From: a virus
Taxonomy: Duplodnaviria > Heunggongvirae > Uroviricota > Caudoviricetes
IMG/VR virus record: IMGVR_UViG_2974602345_000001
Coordinates: 13,332 to 77,331 of that record
DNA length: 64,000 nt
Reading direction: 5' to 3' (one strand)
Below are positions 16,276 to 25,623 of the stretch, in pieces. Each line of letters opens with the position of its first letter. Positions within the stretch are counted from its first letter, which is position 1. A model generated the notes under the pieces. The model was not told where the DNA came from and did not search any database. It saw only the letters and a program-made list of their open reading frames with translations. Position numbers and translations under genes: made by a program.

Positions 16276-16321
16276 TTACAAGGTTGACCGGGACAGAGTT
16301 CACTGTCTCTTCAGTCGAAAT

Positions 16322-16397
16322 TGGCTCCCACTCCTGGACTCGAACCAGGGACCACACGGTTAACAGCCGTGCGCTCTACCAACTGAGCTAAGTGGGA
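16322..16397 (-). tRNA. tRNA-Asn(GUU)
   Basis: 76-nt cloverleaf, loop CT-GTT-AA, CCA end. Confidence 0.95.
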
Positions 16398-16403
16398 ACA
16401 AAC

Positions 16404-16482
16404 TGGTTGCGAGAGCAGGATTTGAACCTGCGATCTCCGGGTTATGAGCCCAGCGAGGACGACCAAGCTCCTCTATCTCGCT
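16404..16482 (-). tRNA. tRNA-fMet(CAU), initiator type
   Basis: Loop CT-CAT-AA, three G-C pairs in the anticodon stem, unpaired 1:72, CCA end. Confidence 0.88.
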
Positions 16483-16489
16483 ACAACAG

Positions 16490-16582
16490 GGTGAAGCATG
16501 CTGTCTCGAACAGCCTAGTGCACCAACTGCGTCAAATTCGAACGGTTGCCCGTTTGCCCTATTCTGCCGCCTTGCTTGCTTC
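16490..16582 (-). ncRNA. tRNA-like structured RNA (acceptor + T arm)
   Basis: GAAGCA/TGCTTC stem + ACC, T arm GCTG-TTCGAGA-CAGC, AACGG-GCAA-CCGTT hairpin; no anticodon arm. Confidence 0.45.
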
Positions 16583-16587
16583 GTAAT

Positions 16588-16674
16588 TGGTGGGCGCTCC
16601 AGGATTCGAACCTGGGATGTATCGTTGTACGGGGTTACAGCCCGCCGTCTTCGACCACTCGACTTCAAACGCCC
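16588..16674 (-). tRNA. tRNA-Tyr(GUA)
   Basis: Cloverleaf with long variable arm, loop CT-GTA-AC, CCA end. Confidence 0.93.
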
Positions 16675-16695
16675 TGAACTTTGTTTCTGTACGTT

Positions 16696-16703
16696 TATTT
16701 AGT
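16696..16703 (-). promoter_or_regulatory. late promoter ACTAAATA heading the tRNA cluster
   Basis: Recurrent octamer, 22 nt upstream of tRNA-Tyr. Confidence 0.65.
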
Positions 16704-16780
16704 GTAGTCTAATTTCTAATGAGGTGGTTCTACAACAAATTTTTAAACTCTTTTGTTATAAAACCACCATCATCTACTTA

Positions 16781-16948
16781 TCAAGCCTGGTCGTATTCGT
16801 CCTGGGCTCGACGAGCTTCTTCATCGTCGAAGTCATCGCCAGGTTCACACGCCATGTCGCCTTTGCGAACCATCTCTTCTGCAACACGTTCGAACGGGTC
16901 GATAGAGCGAGTTGGTTCGTAGTCAGGGTTTGCAAAACGGCTACGCAT
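16781..16948 (-). CDS. small acidic hypothetical protein (55 aa)
   Basis: MRSRFANPDYEPTRSIDPFERVAEEM...; GGAG SD. Confidence 0.5.
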   Translation of the reverse strand: MRSRFANPDYEPTRSIDPFERVAEEMVRKGDMACEPGDDFDDEEARRAQDEYDQA

Positions 16949-16957
16949 GGCGAGCTC

Positions 16958-17371
16958 CTACTTAGCGAAGTGGTTCTTCAACAGTGCCGAAGTGGTCTTG
17001 CCATCGTACTGACCGGCGACGTTGGCCTTCAGCCACTTCATGGCATCTGCCATGTTAGTGATGCCGTTCTGCTGGATGCGCATGATGATCTGATCATCGG
17101 TCAGCTGCTTGGGCGCATAGTTGTTCAGCATCGACCCGAGGAAGAAGCTTTCTTTCTCCAGCTTTTCAGTAGGAGCCAGCTTCAGGCACTCATCAACGCC
17201 AGCCTTCATCTTGCGGATGATCTGGATGACAGTTGCGTCATCAACAGCCTTGCCCAGGCGTTCACACTCACCGATAACCAGGGTCATCAGATCGTAGGCG
17301 GTCTTCAGGTGGCCGTCTTTGCGCAGGCGCGCAGTTTCACGCGACTGTTTGATCTCTTCAAGCAGCGACAT
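16958..17371 (-). CDS. GatB/YqeY-domain protein
   Basis: Helical; IIRKM...E......YAPKQLTDDQI...M..AMK.LK....GQYDGK matches the YqeY pattern. Confidence 0.8.
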   Translation of the reverse strand: MSLLEEIKQSRETARLRKDGHLKTAYDLMTLVIGECERLGKAVDDATVIQIIRKMKAGVDECLKLAPTEKLEKESFFLGSMLNNYAPKQLTDDQIIMRIQQNGITNMADAMKWLKANVAGQYDGKTTSALLKNHFAK

Positions 17372-17549
17372 CTACCACCTCCACTAAACGAGTTTCGATG
17401 ACACGGGCTTCAGGGAACTCCGCAGAAGCCTTCAGCGCTGCATAGGTGTAGCTGTGGGCAGCGGTAGGTCCTGCTTCAACGTCGACAGTGACAGCGAAGT
17501 TGAACTTCTTGCCGTTGACTTGGTCTTCCATCAGTACACGATATTGCAT
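17358..17549 (-). CDS. small hypothetical protein
   Basis: MQYRVLMEDQ... within ORF 17358..17594. Confidence 0.45.
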   Translation of the reverse strand: MQYRVLMEDQVNGKKFNFAVTVDVEAGPTAAHSYTYAALKASAEFPEARVIETRLVEVVDVAA

Positions 17550-17577
17550 TTCACACCTCACAGGATTTTGAATGGGT

Positions 17578-17760
17578 TTACTTGCAGGTCGCAACCTTGC
17601 CTTCAGGGGTGTACTTCACAGTCACGCCCGAAGTGAACTGCAGGTAGGTGACGCCATCAACGCAGGACTCGGCTTTGCCAGTCCAGGCAGCGACGGAACG
17701 GTCAAAGGCACCGCAGCCCGCCAGGGACAGTACAGCTACCAGCATGAGAATCTTTTTCAT
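17578..17760 (-). CDS. small lipoprotein
   Basis: MKKILMLVAVLSLAGC lipobox; CVDGVTYLQFTSGVTVKY family motif. Confidence 0.75.
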   Translation of the reverse strand: MKKILMLVAVLSLAGCGAFDRSVAAWTGKAESCVDGVTYLQFTSGVTVKYTPEGKVATCK

Positions 17761-18140
17761 CAGTTTGCTCCTTTGGTCCAGTTGCAGGGACCGCACATGG
17801 TTTGGGTGTTGTCAATGTGATCGGCGCCGCCTTTCGAGCGAGGCTGGATGTGGTCGTGAGTGAACAGGACCTCATCACCGTCGGCGTCCACACCGTACAT
17901 ATTGATGTGGTATGGGCCTTCTTTTAAGTGAACCTGGCGCTCGATGGCGAAGTGAGTAGCCTTCAAGCCACACGCCGCACAAACTTGACCCTTCTCCTTG
18001 AAGGTGCGCATCCGAAGGCTTTCAGCCCTGACCATTTGCCCACCGATGAGCCTGCGCTCACGGAACGGGATGCTTGGCAGAACCTCTTCAAGAGGAACAA
18101 TGGATGCGCGGTTGTAGTTCGATTGGCGTGCGTCTTTCAT
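17760..18140 (-). CDS. HNH endonuclease
   Basis: CAAC...THDHIQPRSKGGADHIDNTQTMCGPCNWTKG. Confidence 0.85.
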   Translation of the reverse strand: MKDARQSNYNRASIVPLEEVLPSIPFRERRLIGGQMVRAESLRMRTFKEKGQVCAACGLKATHFAIERQVHLKEGPYHINMYGVDADGDEVLFTHDHIQPRSKGGADHIDNTQTMCGPCNWTKGAN

Positions 18141-18172
18141 AGTGTACTTACCTCGTCACAAGTGCTTGATGG

Positions 18173-18556
18173 TTACTGCGCGAACGGGCTTTGGCCAGGA
18201 TACTCTTCGTCCAGGTCTTCCGGCTCATCAGCGTCCGAATGCTCGACTTGAGGTTCTTCGCCCTGGTTCTGGTTGTGCGACTTGAGCATGATCATTTCGA
18301 ACAGCTCAGCGTACTCGTCCGCTTCTTTGACCGTCTTGTCGAACTGGTCTTTGTGGAAGTCGGTCAGCATCTTGCGCAGCCACTTGGTGTCGATCTTGAA
18401 CTTTTCTTTGAGCGACTTGAGCGTTTCGTTGATGTAGTCTTGCTCACCAACGATGCGGTTCAGGCTCTTGTTCATCTCGATGATGGCGTCCTGCAGAGCC
18501 TTGCGGTCGGCTGGGGATGATGGAACGATGATTTCCGGTTCTTCAACGGTAGACAT
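18173..18556 (-). CDS. dsbA: double-stranded DNA binding protein (T4 DsbA-like)
   Basis: Helical LQDAIIE...YINETLKSLKEKFKIDTKWLRKML..FHKDQF pattern. Confidence 0.65.
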   Translation of the reverse strand: MSTVEEPEIIVPSSPADRKALQDAIIEMNKSLNRIVGEQDYINETLKSLKEKFKIDTKWLRKMLTDFHKDQFDKTVKEADEYAELFEMIMLKSHNQNQGEEPQVEHSDADEPEDLDEEYPGQSPFAQ

Positions 18557-18584
18557 ATTGCATTGCTTCCTTCAGGGTTGGTGT

Positions 18585-18737
18585 TTACTTCAAACGTGCA
18601 ATGAACTTGCAATCGTATTTGGGTGTGAAGCCGAACTGCATGAAACAATACCCGGTGGCCTGCGACCAGATCAACACTGGATGGTAGCCGTCTCGGATGT
18701 TGTCATCCCATTCGACGAAATCAGCGAGGTTGTACAT
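18585..18737 (-). CDS. small early hypothetical protein (50 aa)
   Basis: MYNLADFVEWDDNIRDGYHPVLIW...; follows two sigma70 promoters. Confidence 0.5.
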   Translation of the reverse strand: MYNLADFVEWDDNIRDGYHPVLIWSQATGYCFMQFGFTPKYDCKFIARLK

Positions 18738-18774
18738 AAAGCGAATACGCCTCTAGTTGTTCACTGTGAGGCGT

Positions 18775-18858
18775 ATGTTAGAAGGGTTTGGTTTGACTGT
18801 CAACTGCTAATCAGCGTACTTTATGCGGTGTAGTAGGGCCTCATGATAAGCATGTCAA
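18775..18858 (-). promoter_or_regulatory. tandem early promoters TTGACA-17-TACTAC and TTGACA-17-TAACAT
   Basis: tgtcaa 18853-18858 with gtagta 18830-18835; tgtcaa 18798-18803 with atgtta 18775-18780. Confidence 0.75.
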
Positions 18859-18901
18859 GCATTTTGTTGCCACAAAAAAGAGCGCCGAAGCGCCCTTTGT
18901 G

Positions 18902-20317
18902 TCAGTCCCACTTTACATCACTGGGGATACCCGTCTGTCGTTGCGGTAAACCGCTGACAGCGCCCACTGCAGGCCCCTTGTTGAGCCCTACAGCCTGCTG
19001 GACCTGCTCTACCTTTGAGTCATTCGAAGGGTCAATGTCGTAGTAACGCATCTTGTTCCAGTCAATCCCCACCAACTGCTTCTGCATCCCCTGTTTGTTG
19101 CCGAAGCGAGTCTTCAACAGCAGGATCATCTGCCGGCCCATCTCCATCAGATCTTCGTTTGTCACGATAGCTGCGAAGAAGTCGAGCGTTTGAGGCAAGC
19201 CTACGGACTCTGAAGTCGAAGCCATGTCAGGGTTCTGCGAACCCATACCCTCACGAGTAGTTTGGGTTGCAGTCATGATAGCCACTTCAAACTCCACAGC
19301 CAGGCCACGCAGTTCTTCTGCAATGGACTTCACCATGGTGTAGGAGTTGGCGCCACTGCCCGCTTTGTAGCGAGCGCTTGCACAGATGTTGATGTAGTCG
19401 ACGAAGATGATGTCCGGCTTGAACTTCTTCTTCTGACGGAGTTCCTTCAGCAGGTGACGGAAGTGCCCACTATGACCACCAGCGGTCGGGTACTCCTTGA
19501 CGATCAACTTGCCGAGGGTCTTGGTCTTCAACTGTGCAACCTTACCAAGGAACCACTCTTTGTCAAGGGTAGGTTTCTTGAGGTCATCAGTGCTGATATC
19601 CAGCAGGTTGGCGTCCACACGCTCCTGGATAGCCTCTTCAGACATCTCCAAGGTAATGTACAGGGCGTTCTTGCCAGCCTTCAACCACTCGCCGGCAAGG
19701 AAGCACATCAGCGCTGACTTACCGACGTTGGAACCTGCGAGGAATGCAGACAATGTCTTGGGCGGCAACCCGCCGTTCGACAGCTTGTTCAGCGCATTGA
19801 GAGGGAACGGAATGCGACTGTCAGGGTTGGTGTAGTACTCATAACGACGCAGGGCATCTTCAAGGTAGTCTGACCCTACAGTCTGCTCGAAGCTAATCGA
19901 CAGTGCGTCGTCCAGGATCTCTGGAATGGCGTGCTTGTCGAGGTGCTTATCGTTGCCCTCGATGATCGAGATTGACTTGTAGATGGCGTTGAACAGCGCC
20001 TTGTCAGAGCAGTAGCGTTCAGTTTCATCCACCAGCCATTGGGTCTCGGACATCTCGTCCTTTGACTGATAGGCTGACTGCAACGCATCCACTGCTGTAG
20101 CGAAGACATCCTCGCTCAGACCCTTGTTCTGGATGGACACCAGCATGGCTTCCATGCTTGGCACTTTGGTGTACTTGTCGTAGAGCTCTGAATAGAGGTT
20201 GAATACCTCGCGGGTAGCTCCGTCGAAAAACTCTGGCTTGAGGTGCGGGTAGACCTTGCGGGAGTATTCCTCATCGTATAGCAGCCCTTTGAGGATAGCG
20301 TTTTCAATACTTTCCAT
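18902..20317 (-). CDS. 41: replicative DNA helicase gp41
   Basis: Walker A AGSNVGKS, YITLEMSEE, IFVDYINI, DnaB-type motifs. Confidence 0.95.
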   Translation of the reverse strand: MESIENAILKGLLYDEEYSRKVYPHLKPEFFDGATREVFNLYSELYDKYTKVPSMEAMLVSIQNKGLSEDVFATAVDALQSAYQSKDEMSETQWLVDETERYCSDKALFNAIYKSISIIEGNDKHLDKHAIPEILDDALSISFEQTVGSDYLEDALRRYEYYTNPDSRIPFPLNALNKLSNGGLPPKTLSAFLAGSNVGKSALMCFLAGEWLKAGKNALYITLEMSEEAIQERVDANLLDISTDDLKKPTLDKEWFLGKVAQLKTKTLGKLIVKEYPTAGGHSGHFRHLLKELRQKKKFKPDIIFVDYINICASARYKAGSGANSYTMVKSIAEELRGLAVEFEVAIMTATQTTREGMGSQNPDMASTSESVGLPQTLDFFAAIVTNEDLMEMGRQMILLLKTRFGNKQGMQKQLVGIDWNKMRYYDIDPSNDSKVEQVQQAVGLNKGPAVGAVSGLPQRQTGIPSDVKWD

Positions 20318-20373
20318 CAATACTCCGGGTTCATAGTAAAGGCTGCACAGTCACCTGTGCAGCCGCATGCGAC

Positions 20374-21486
20374 TTACTGGTCGAGGACTTCGCCAGTTTG
20401 GCCATCAACCTTCAGGTCAGGCTCACCATCAACACCTTCAACGGTGAAGGTTTTCGGGCTGTTCAGCGCAAACATCTTCTGCACAGCTGCCTTGAACGTT
20501 GGGTCTGCCAGGATAGGGTCCCAGAACTCAGCGGTGCCGAGCTCCTTCTTCTTCCACAGACGGGTTTCAGGCTCACCATCCTCACCAAGTACGAACGGAC
20601 GAACGTGCGACTGGGTGGTAGGCTTCTTGACGTGACCGGTGGCCAGCGCCACTTCGTACAGGCCGGAGTAAGGGTCGATACCGCCCTCGAAGGTCACTGT
20701 GACCGGGATGGCAGACTTCTCCTTGATGTGACGCGACTTCTCTGCGTTGAGCACGAAGTCAAAGCCTTCCAGCGGCTTGCCCTCAGGCTTGACTTGACGC
20801 TTGCCCATGATGAACACGGAGTGCGAAGACAGCATCCAGCCCTGACCGCCCGACACGACTTTCTTGGCGTACATTTCCATGGTGTCGTAGGTATGCTGGA
20901 TCGCGACGAATGGGATCTTCAGGTCAGTCAGGTACGGTGTGACCATGCGAGCCAGGCTCTTGCCCACTTTAGCGCGGGTCATGTCAGCGGCACTGCTTTC
21001 CTTCAGCGAGTCCTCGATCTCTTTCTTAGACGCCAGGTTACCCAGGGAGTCGACGAAGATCATGACGCGGTCGTCGGTCTTCGCCGCGCTGAGCTCTTCC
21101 AGCTTCTTCATGACGTCGAACTTGAACTCTTCCATGTTCTTGATCGGGATGTGCAGCACGCGGGTGGTGTCGATACCCTGCTCTTCGAAGTACGACGGCA
21201 GCGAACCGAACTCGCTATCGTAGAACAGGACGACGCCTTCAGGGTACTTGTCCATCCAGGCCTTGACCAGGATCAGGCTCAGGTTCGACTTGAAGTGCTT
21301 GGACGGGCCCGCCACCAAGTGCATGCCAGGGCCGAAGCCACCATCCAGTCGCCCAGAATAGGCCACGTTCATCATATGGACCGGCAGACGGACCAGTTCA
21401 TCCTGATTGAAGAACTGGGACTCGGCCATTACAGCGGCTTTGTCGATCACGCCAGTTTTAGCCATGCGTTGCATAAGACTTGACAT
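20374..21486 (-). CDS. uvsX: RecA-like recombinase UvsX
   Basis: AGPSKHFKS, LFYDSEFG, IFVDSLGNLASKKE, ADMTRAK. Confidence 0.97.
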   Translation of the reverse strand: MSSLMQRMAKTGVIDKAAVMAESQFFNQDELVRLPVHMMNVAYSGRLDGGFGPGMHLVAGPSKHFKSNLSLILVKAWMDKYPEGVVLFYDSEFGSLPSYFEEQGIDTTRVLHIPIKNMEEFKFDVMKKLEELSAAKTDDRVMIFVDSLGNLASKKEIEDSLKESSAADMTRAKVGKSLARMVTPYLTDLKIPFVAIQHTYDTMEMYAKKVVSGGQGWMLSSHSVFIMGKRQVKPEGKPLEGFDFVLNAEKSRHIKEKSAIPVTVTFEGGIDPYSGLYEVALATGHVKKPTTQSHVRPFVLGEDGEPETRLWKKKELGTAEFWDPILADPTFKAAVQKMFALNSPKTFTVEGVDGEPDLKVDGQTGEVLDQ

Positions 21487-21544
21487 TGTTTCTCCTTGCA
21501 GTGTTGAAGGCGGTAGCCACAGGAGCGACTACCGCCAGGGTAAA

Positions 21545-22057
21545 TCAGTGGATGGTCTGCGCTGCGACGTCGTTGATAGCGTCGCCAACACTGATGCCTT
21601 TGTCGTCCAGCTTGTCGACAATGACGTTCAGGATGTGGCGCATGTGGTCGAGACCGTTCAGGGTAGCGGATGCTTCCATACGGTCCAGGCGGGTCAGAGC
21701 TTCACTTGCTTCGTTGCTGGTTTCAGCAATGATCTCAGCCAGGGCTTCCGAGGATGCCATGTTGATGTTCATGCGCTGACACTGGTAGAACGCTTGCAGC
21801 TCGGGATCGTCGATGTAGACGCTGAGCTCGAACAGCGACACCTCTTGCTCAACTTCTTGACCCATGGTCTCGTAGTCAGCGAGCAGACGGCGGAGGAAGG
21901 ACTTTGCATCGCGTTGGGTTTCGAAGTAGACCTTGACGTTGTCGTCTTCTGCACTGTATGCCGGATCGAACTGAATGCTCTTCAGCATTGCTTCGGTGTA
22001 CAGTGCCAGCTGTTCGACGGACGGCGAGTCGATCAGCTCAAGTTTAGCGGTGATCAT
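21545..22057 (-). CDS. hypothetical protein
   Basis: 170 aa acidic ORF in the replication operon. Confidence 0.65.
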   Translation of the reverse strand: MITAKLELIDSPSVEQLALYTEAMLKSIQFDPAYSAEDDNVKVYFETQRDAKSFLRRLLADYETMGQEVEQEVSLFELSVYIDDPELQAFYQCQRMNINMASSEALAEIIAETSNEASEALTRLDRMEASATLNGLDHMRHILNVIVDKLDDKGISVGDAINDVAAQTIH

Positions 22058-22061
22058 GCCT

Positions 22062-22877
22062 TTAGGCTCCCAGATCGTTATGTTGTTTGAGTTGGTATAC
22101 GATCGCGTCTACTTTGGACGCAATGCTTTGTAGGTTGACGCCGTCATGTACTAACGTGATGTCAGGTGTAGCAGTATACACCAATTGCTCGGATGCGTGT
22201 CCGCTATTCTTGATACCACGTTGATTTTCGTTAACAATTTTTATGATAACGCCTCCGTTCCTTCGGATGTACTCAAGCTCGTTGGCAAACCGCACGTCGG
22301 TCATGATAACGCCCGACCGCGGTGCAATGTCAGTCCAGAACGACTCACTCACATACTCCCTGAAGAACTCGGTGCCGATCTTCTGCAGGATGCTGCGAGG
22401 AGTAGTCTTGAACGACAGAGCCGTATCCCCCAGTACGCCACGCAGTTTAGAACGGAACCACGAGGGCTTACAAGTGTCGTCCTTGAGAACTTCGAGGAAT
22501 TTGTAACTGAGCTGTAACAAGACGTTCTCGTCGCGAGAGATCCCCAGCTTGTCGGCAATCTGATCCTCGACTATCACGATGTCGAGGCCCGCTGACTCGC
22601 AGTACTCAGCGAGGATTGCATCCAGCTCGTACATGAGGCGGCTGACGAAGCGACGCTTATCGTAGCCTATCTTGAACTCCTGCTCCTTGAGTACATGGTC
22701 GTACACGGCGCTTGGGGTGAGCCCGAACACGTCCATGGTAAAGTCCTTCAAGGGGGCTGCGAAGGCCCGAAGCTCGAAGTCACCCAGGTTCTCACGAAGA
22801 AGAGCCTCACGCAGGATCTTGGCGGTAGTGTCTTTGCCGCTACCAGCCAGGCCCATCAAACCGAAACTGCTGTACAT
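22062..22877 (-). CDS. deoxynucleoside monophosphate kinase (gp1-like)
   Basis: GLAGSGKDT P-loop, TPRSILQKIGTE, TDVRFANE. Confidence 0.9.
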   Translation of the reverse strand: MYSSFGLMGLAGSGKDTTAKILREALLRENLGDFELRAFAAPLKDFTMDVFGLTPSAVYDHVLKEQEFKIGYDKRRFVSRLMYELDAILAEYCESAGLDIVIVEDQIADKLGISRDENVLLQLSYKFLEVLKDDTCKPSWFRSKLRGVLGDTALSFKTTPRSILQKIGTEFFREYVSESFWTDIAPRSGVIMTDVRFANELEYIRRNGGVIIKIVNENQRGIKNSGHASEQLVYTATPDITLVHDGVNLQSIASKVDAIVYQLKQHNDLGA

Positions 22878-22896
22878 AGTTGTTACCTCATTTGTG

Positions 22897-25533
22897 TTAA
22901 GAGAAGAAGTCTTCGAGCGATACGACAGGTTCGTGTGACCACTTGATCGACTCGAGGAAGATCTTCAGCGGGCTCATGAACGCAGTCTCAAAGATGGTTT
23001 CACGGTCTACGAACTGGTCGAGCTTGAACTCAGGTGGCATGAACCACGCAAAGCCAATGACGTCCTGGTTGATCGGGTTGGGCTTCTTGAGATCAATGTA
23101 CTTGATCTTGTTGCCGCCGGTCAGTTCAGGAATGCCCAGACCCAACTGTTTAACGTACCAGTTGTGAATGAGCGCAGCCTTGACGTGCTTAGGCGTGCCC
23201 TTGATGTAGATGGTTTCAGGGTCAGCGTTCTTGCTGATGTTGTTGGTGCCCCGTGGGATCGCGATTGCGTCGATCGGCAGCTTGTAGAAGGCATCACGGA
23301 TCTCAGCAACACGGGCGTGCAGCTTGTCCTGATCGCCATCCAACGCGATGCGGTAGCACTCCTTCAGGTAGTTCCGGCTCCACTCAGGGGTCGACGACTT
23401 CACCGCCTCGAGTCCAGTGACCTTGAACTTCGGATCCTTGAAGCGAACCCCTTCAGAGTCGAGCACCAGCATGGTGTAACCCTTCTTGCGAACGAAGATC
23501 GACACAGGAGAGATAACCTCACGCTCCCACACCATCTTGTTCTGCACGCCGTTCATGTACTCGCACAGCTCAAGTGCAAAGCCATCAATCTTCGGTGCCA
23601 GGATCTTCTTCATGAAGTTGTCGAGGGCATCAGCAATGCCGTTGTCATCCAGGTGGCTGACATTCAGGGCGTTGACGACATCTTCCATTACCAGGTAAAG
23701 GGAGTCCGTGTCGCCCGCGACCGTTCGATTCTTGCCTGGCGTGTTCAACAGCTTGTTCAGCAGGTCGTTCACGCGCACGTGAGTCCACTTGTTGATCAGC
23801 TGCCCCGACGAAGTGATAGCCTCTGCGTTCTCCACCTTATAGTACAAGAAGTGCTGGTTACCGACTGCACCATAGCCTGCGTTGAGCAGAATCTTCAGCG
23901 CCATCTGGAGGTTGTTGAACAGAACGTCCTTGCCGTTCTCAACGTCAATCGCTTTCGCAATGGCGCTCTTGTCCATGTTGGGGGTATCGTACTCGTCGCA
24001 CGCTTTACCGCCCTTCAGCGCCTGCACGTTGGCTTGAGCCTTAAGCATCATCTTCTTGTAGCGCTTCCGGCCGGTGTACAGCTCGTCTTTGATCTGCGCC
24101 ATGAAGCCAACATAGCTGCGATCGTAGAACTCGAAGTTCGCCGTCATTGCGACGTTGTACTTCTTGAGGACAGACAGGTCCACCTTCTTCTCGACCAGAT
24201 CCTGCAGAGTGTGCTTCGACTTCAGCTCAAGCAGCTCAGGTGGCAGGGTCTCACGCGGGATGTAGGTGTTAGGCCCGATGTTGTACTGGATCTCGTTCAT
24301 CGGGTACAGGCTGTTCAAGTCGACAGACAGCAGCCAGCGATGGCGACCCACAACAGTTGGGTGAACGAACGCTCCGTCGAACTCAGCACCTTCGCGGAAC
24401 TTCGCTTTGAACAGTGGCACCTGCCCATTGCCGTAGAGCTGCTTGGCAATCAGCTGTTCCCAAATCTTCGTTGTGCCGAGCGTGTCTTCATAGTTCGCCA
24501 GGCAGTAGTAAGCGAGGGTGTAGGTGATGTTGAACAGGCCCAACTTGTCGTTCAAGCGCTTGACGATGTCAACGTCTCGAATGTTGTACTTGTAGAAGCC
24601 CTGTGGGTCGTTGTCGTACAGCGCCATCAACGAACCAGCTTCCTCGTAGCTCATCTTGTTCATGCCAAGTTCGGCGGAACCGATGAAGTCCAGTCGGTAA
24701 CTTTCGCGTGGTGTGAAGATGTGCTTCTTGTACAACTCCATGAAGTCGCAGTGCGGCAGACCCATGATGTTGGCCTTTAACTGCGTCTTACCAAAGTTGC
24801 CGTTGATCTCGCGCATCTCGATCATGCCGAACGGAGACAAGCGCTGGGCCATCTCTTTGCCCAGGATCTTCGTGATGCGGTTGACGATGTACGGCATGTC
24901 AAAGGTTTCAGAGTTCCAGCCCGACGTCAAGTCGTACTGCATCTCAACGAAGTGCATCACCAGCGCACGAAGCAACTCAACTTCGTTGTCAACCAGGATG
25001 AACACTACCTTCAGGTGTCCTACGTCCTTGTCTTGCTTGTCGTGGACGTACTCTTTGTCGCCGATGGTGTAATAGGTGTCAGTGAAGCTATCGTAGATCG
25101 TGATGCCGTTGATAGGCCACTTGACCTCAGCAGGTTCAGGGAAGCCCTCACCTTCAGGTACACGAACCTCGATATCGAGGATACCCACTCGGACCTGACT
25201 TGGATCAAAGTTAGGCATCTTTCCGTCATACAGTTCAATAATGAACTGGTTGGCGAAGTTGCTGTTACCTTCGATCGTGAAGCCTTCAACATCCGAATAG
25301 TTTTCAGCAAACGCTTTCGCATCGCGGATACTATCGAACTGAGTTCGCTTGAGCGGGTAGTTGAAAATGGAGTTGGCATCGCCTTGTTGTCCTGGGTCAG
25401 CTTTCGTGAACAGGGACGGCCTGTAGAAGTCAATCTTCTTTGCATAGGACACACCATCCCGCCGGTAGCGGAACAGGATGTTGTTTCCCCATGTCTTGTA
25501 GAACGTGTACAACTTATCGTCGCTATCAGCCAC
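22897..25533 (-). CDS. 43: family B DNA polymerase gp43
   Basis: Exo DIE, WNSETFD, YNIRD; pol DLNSLYP, KILLNAGYG, GDTDS. Confidence 0.98.
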   Translation of the reverse strand: MADSDDKLYTFYKTWGNNILFRYRRDGVSYAKKIDFYRPSLFTKADPGQQGDANSIFNYPLKRTQFDSIRDAKAFAENYSDVEGFTIEGNSNFANQFIIELYDGKMPNFDPSQVRVGILDIEVRVPEGEGFPEPAEVKWPINGITIYDSFTDTYYTIGDKEYVHDKQDKDVGHLKVVFILVDNEVELLRALVMHFVEMQYDLTSGWNSETFDMPYIVNRITKILGKEMAQRLSPFGMIEMREINGNFGKTQLKANIMGLPHCDFMELYKKHIFTPRESYRLDFIGSAELGMNKMSYEEAGSLMALYDNDPQGFYKYNIRDVDIVKRLNDKLGLFNITYTLAYYCLANYEDTLGTTKIWEQLIAKQLYGNGQVPLFKAKFREGAEFDGAFVHPTVVGRHRWLLSVDLNSLYPMNEIQYNIGPNTYIPRETLPPELLELKSKHTLQDLVEKKVDLSVLKKYNVAMTANFEFYDRSYVGFMAQIKDELYTGRKRYKKMMLKAQANVQALKGGKACDEYDTPNMDKSAIAKAIDVENGKDVLFNNLQMALKILLNAGYGAVGNQHFLYYKVENAEAITSSGQLINKWTHVRVNDLLNKLLNTPGKNRTVAGDTDSLYLVMEDVVNALNVSHLDDNGIADALDNFMKKILAPKIDGFALELCEYMNGVQNKMVWEREVISPVSIFVRKKGYTMLVLDSEGVRFKDPKFKVTGLEAVKSSTPEWSRNYLKECYRIALDGDQDKLHARVAEIRDAFYKLPIDAIAIPRGTNNISKNADPETIYIKGTPKHVKAALIHNWYVKQLGLGIPELTGGNKIKYIDLKKPNPINQDVIGFAWFMPPEFKLDQFVDRETIFETAFMSPLKIFLESIKWSHEPVVSLEDFFS

Positions 25534-25623
25534 TGTGTCAGCCTTCTTTCAGTTGAGTGGGGCAAGGATACTACTGCGCACAAAAGCCGCTGTAAAGTGC
25601 TAATACAGCGGCTCTCGCCAGGC

